A stretch of DNA of 63,602 nt, filler included, from Octopus bimaculoides (taxonomy: Eukaryota): assembly GCF_001194135.2 (NCBI RefSeq). It is 4 parts of 4 records of this genome, joined end to end, with 100 filler letters (N's around TTAATTAATTAA, not from the genome) between each part and the next. Parts side by side here need not be neighbours in the genome. Positions count along the whole stretch, not along the records: positions 60,332 to 63,602 come from NC_069005.1; 3 more parts are not named here. One strand, 5' to 3'. Both the position numbers and the translations under genes were made by a program. Each line of letters begins with the position of its first letter. The stretch's first letter is position 1. The notes under the pieces were generated by a model that was not told the origin of the DNA, did no database searches, and saw nothing but the letters and a program-made list of their open reading frames with translations. Of the stretch, positions 63,000 to 63,602 are shown piece by piece.

Positions 63000-63342
63000 G
63001 ACACACACATNNNNNNNNNNACATACACATAGGTACAACATCGATTTTCCGTATCCAATGCCTTTCCGTTTTACTGATTTTTTCTGAACCAGCAGTGGCC
63101 ACCTTCATCAATACACTCTAAATCAAACGAATATTAAATTTACTTAAAATAAATTAAATGAAATACAGGTACCTTGTACATTTTTATTAATGCTCCGAGT
63201 TCATTAATACCGTACTGCACAAGACACCAGTAAACTAGTCTGGCGGCTGTGGGAATTTGAAGGCCTGGCTCATAAACTTAGTACAGATTACTAAAGAGGT
63301 CCTAAACCATCAGCGTTCAGAAAGTCAGTGTTGTACCTATAC

Positions 63343-63378
<36 letters not shown>

Positions 63379-63602
63379 GCGCACACACACACAAGTGTGT
63401 ATATCTTTGTGTATTGAGATATGCTATCAAATTATCAATTAGGGGCAAATTGTGTGTGTGTGTGTGTCTGTCTGTCTGTGAAAGAAAAAAGAGAAATCTA
63501 ATAATTGAAGATGAATCTTCAAAATTTCTTCGGTAAAACCATTTCTTCATTTGCATTATTATTATTTCCATTCTCTTTGTTTTCCTTATATGAATCTTTT
63601 TT

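Overview
AT-rich, gap-ridden and microsatellite-dense animal DNA. The SINE families and repeat landscape look like an octopus, probably Octopus bimaculoides (inferred, not searched). Two host genes are supported. (1) On the minus strand, five exons (38263-38377, 35241-35289, 33858-33956, 33073-33153, 28809-32609) encode the RAWUL half of a BMI1/PCGF2-4/Psc-type Polycomb protein, with intron phases matching human BMI1. Its last exon adds about 1,250 aa. Most of this tail is roughly 90 degenerate copies of one 8-aa unit (QQxSPxHI) that switches from acidic (QQDTPEHI) to basic (QQSSPRHV), and it ends in PxDLS-like and SUMO motifs. The ORF track shows only this tail and misses the Polycomb identity. 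The RING exons are not visible. (2) On the plus strand, 60404-60799 is the terminal exon of PTEN (VKLYF...SDTESDDE...TTQV). Three identical 100-bp spacers (44N-TTAATTAATTAA-44N) mark artificial joins, so the BMI1/PTEN neighbourhood is uncertain. The rest is decayed transposons (Chapaev-3-like, Penelope-like, RTE and CR1-type LINEs, Tc1, maT, mariner), tRNA-derived SINEs and several foldback elements. One repeat carries a canonical-core minimal hammerhead ribozyme motif, and there are two weaker motifs. Nearly all other listed ORFs are artefacts of microsatellites or N runs.
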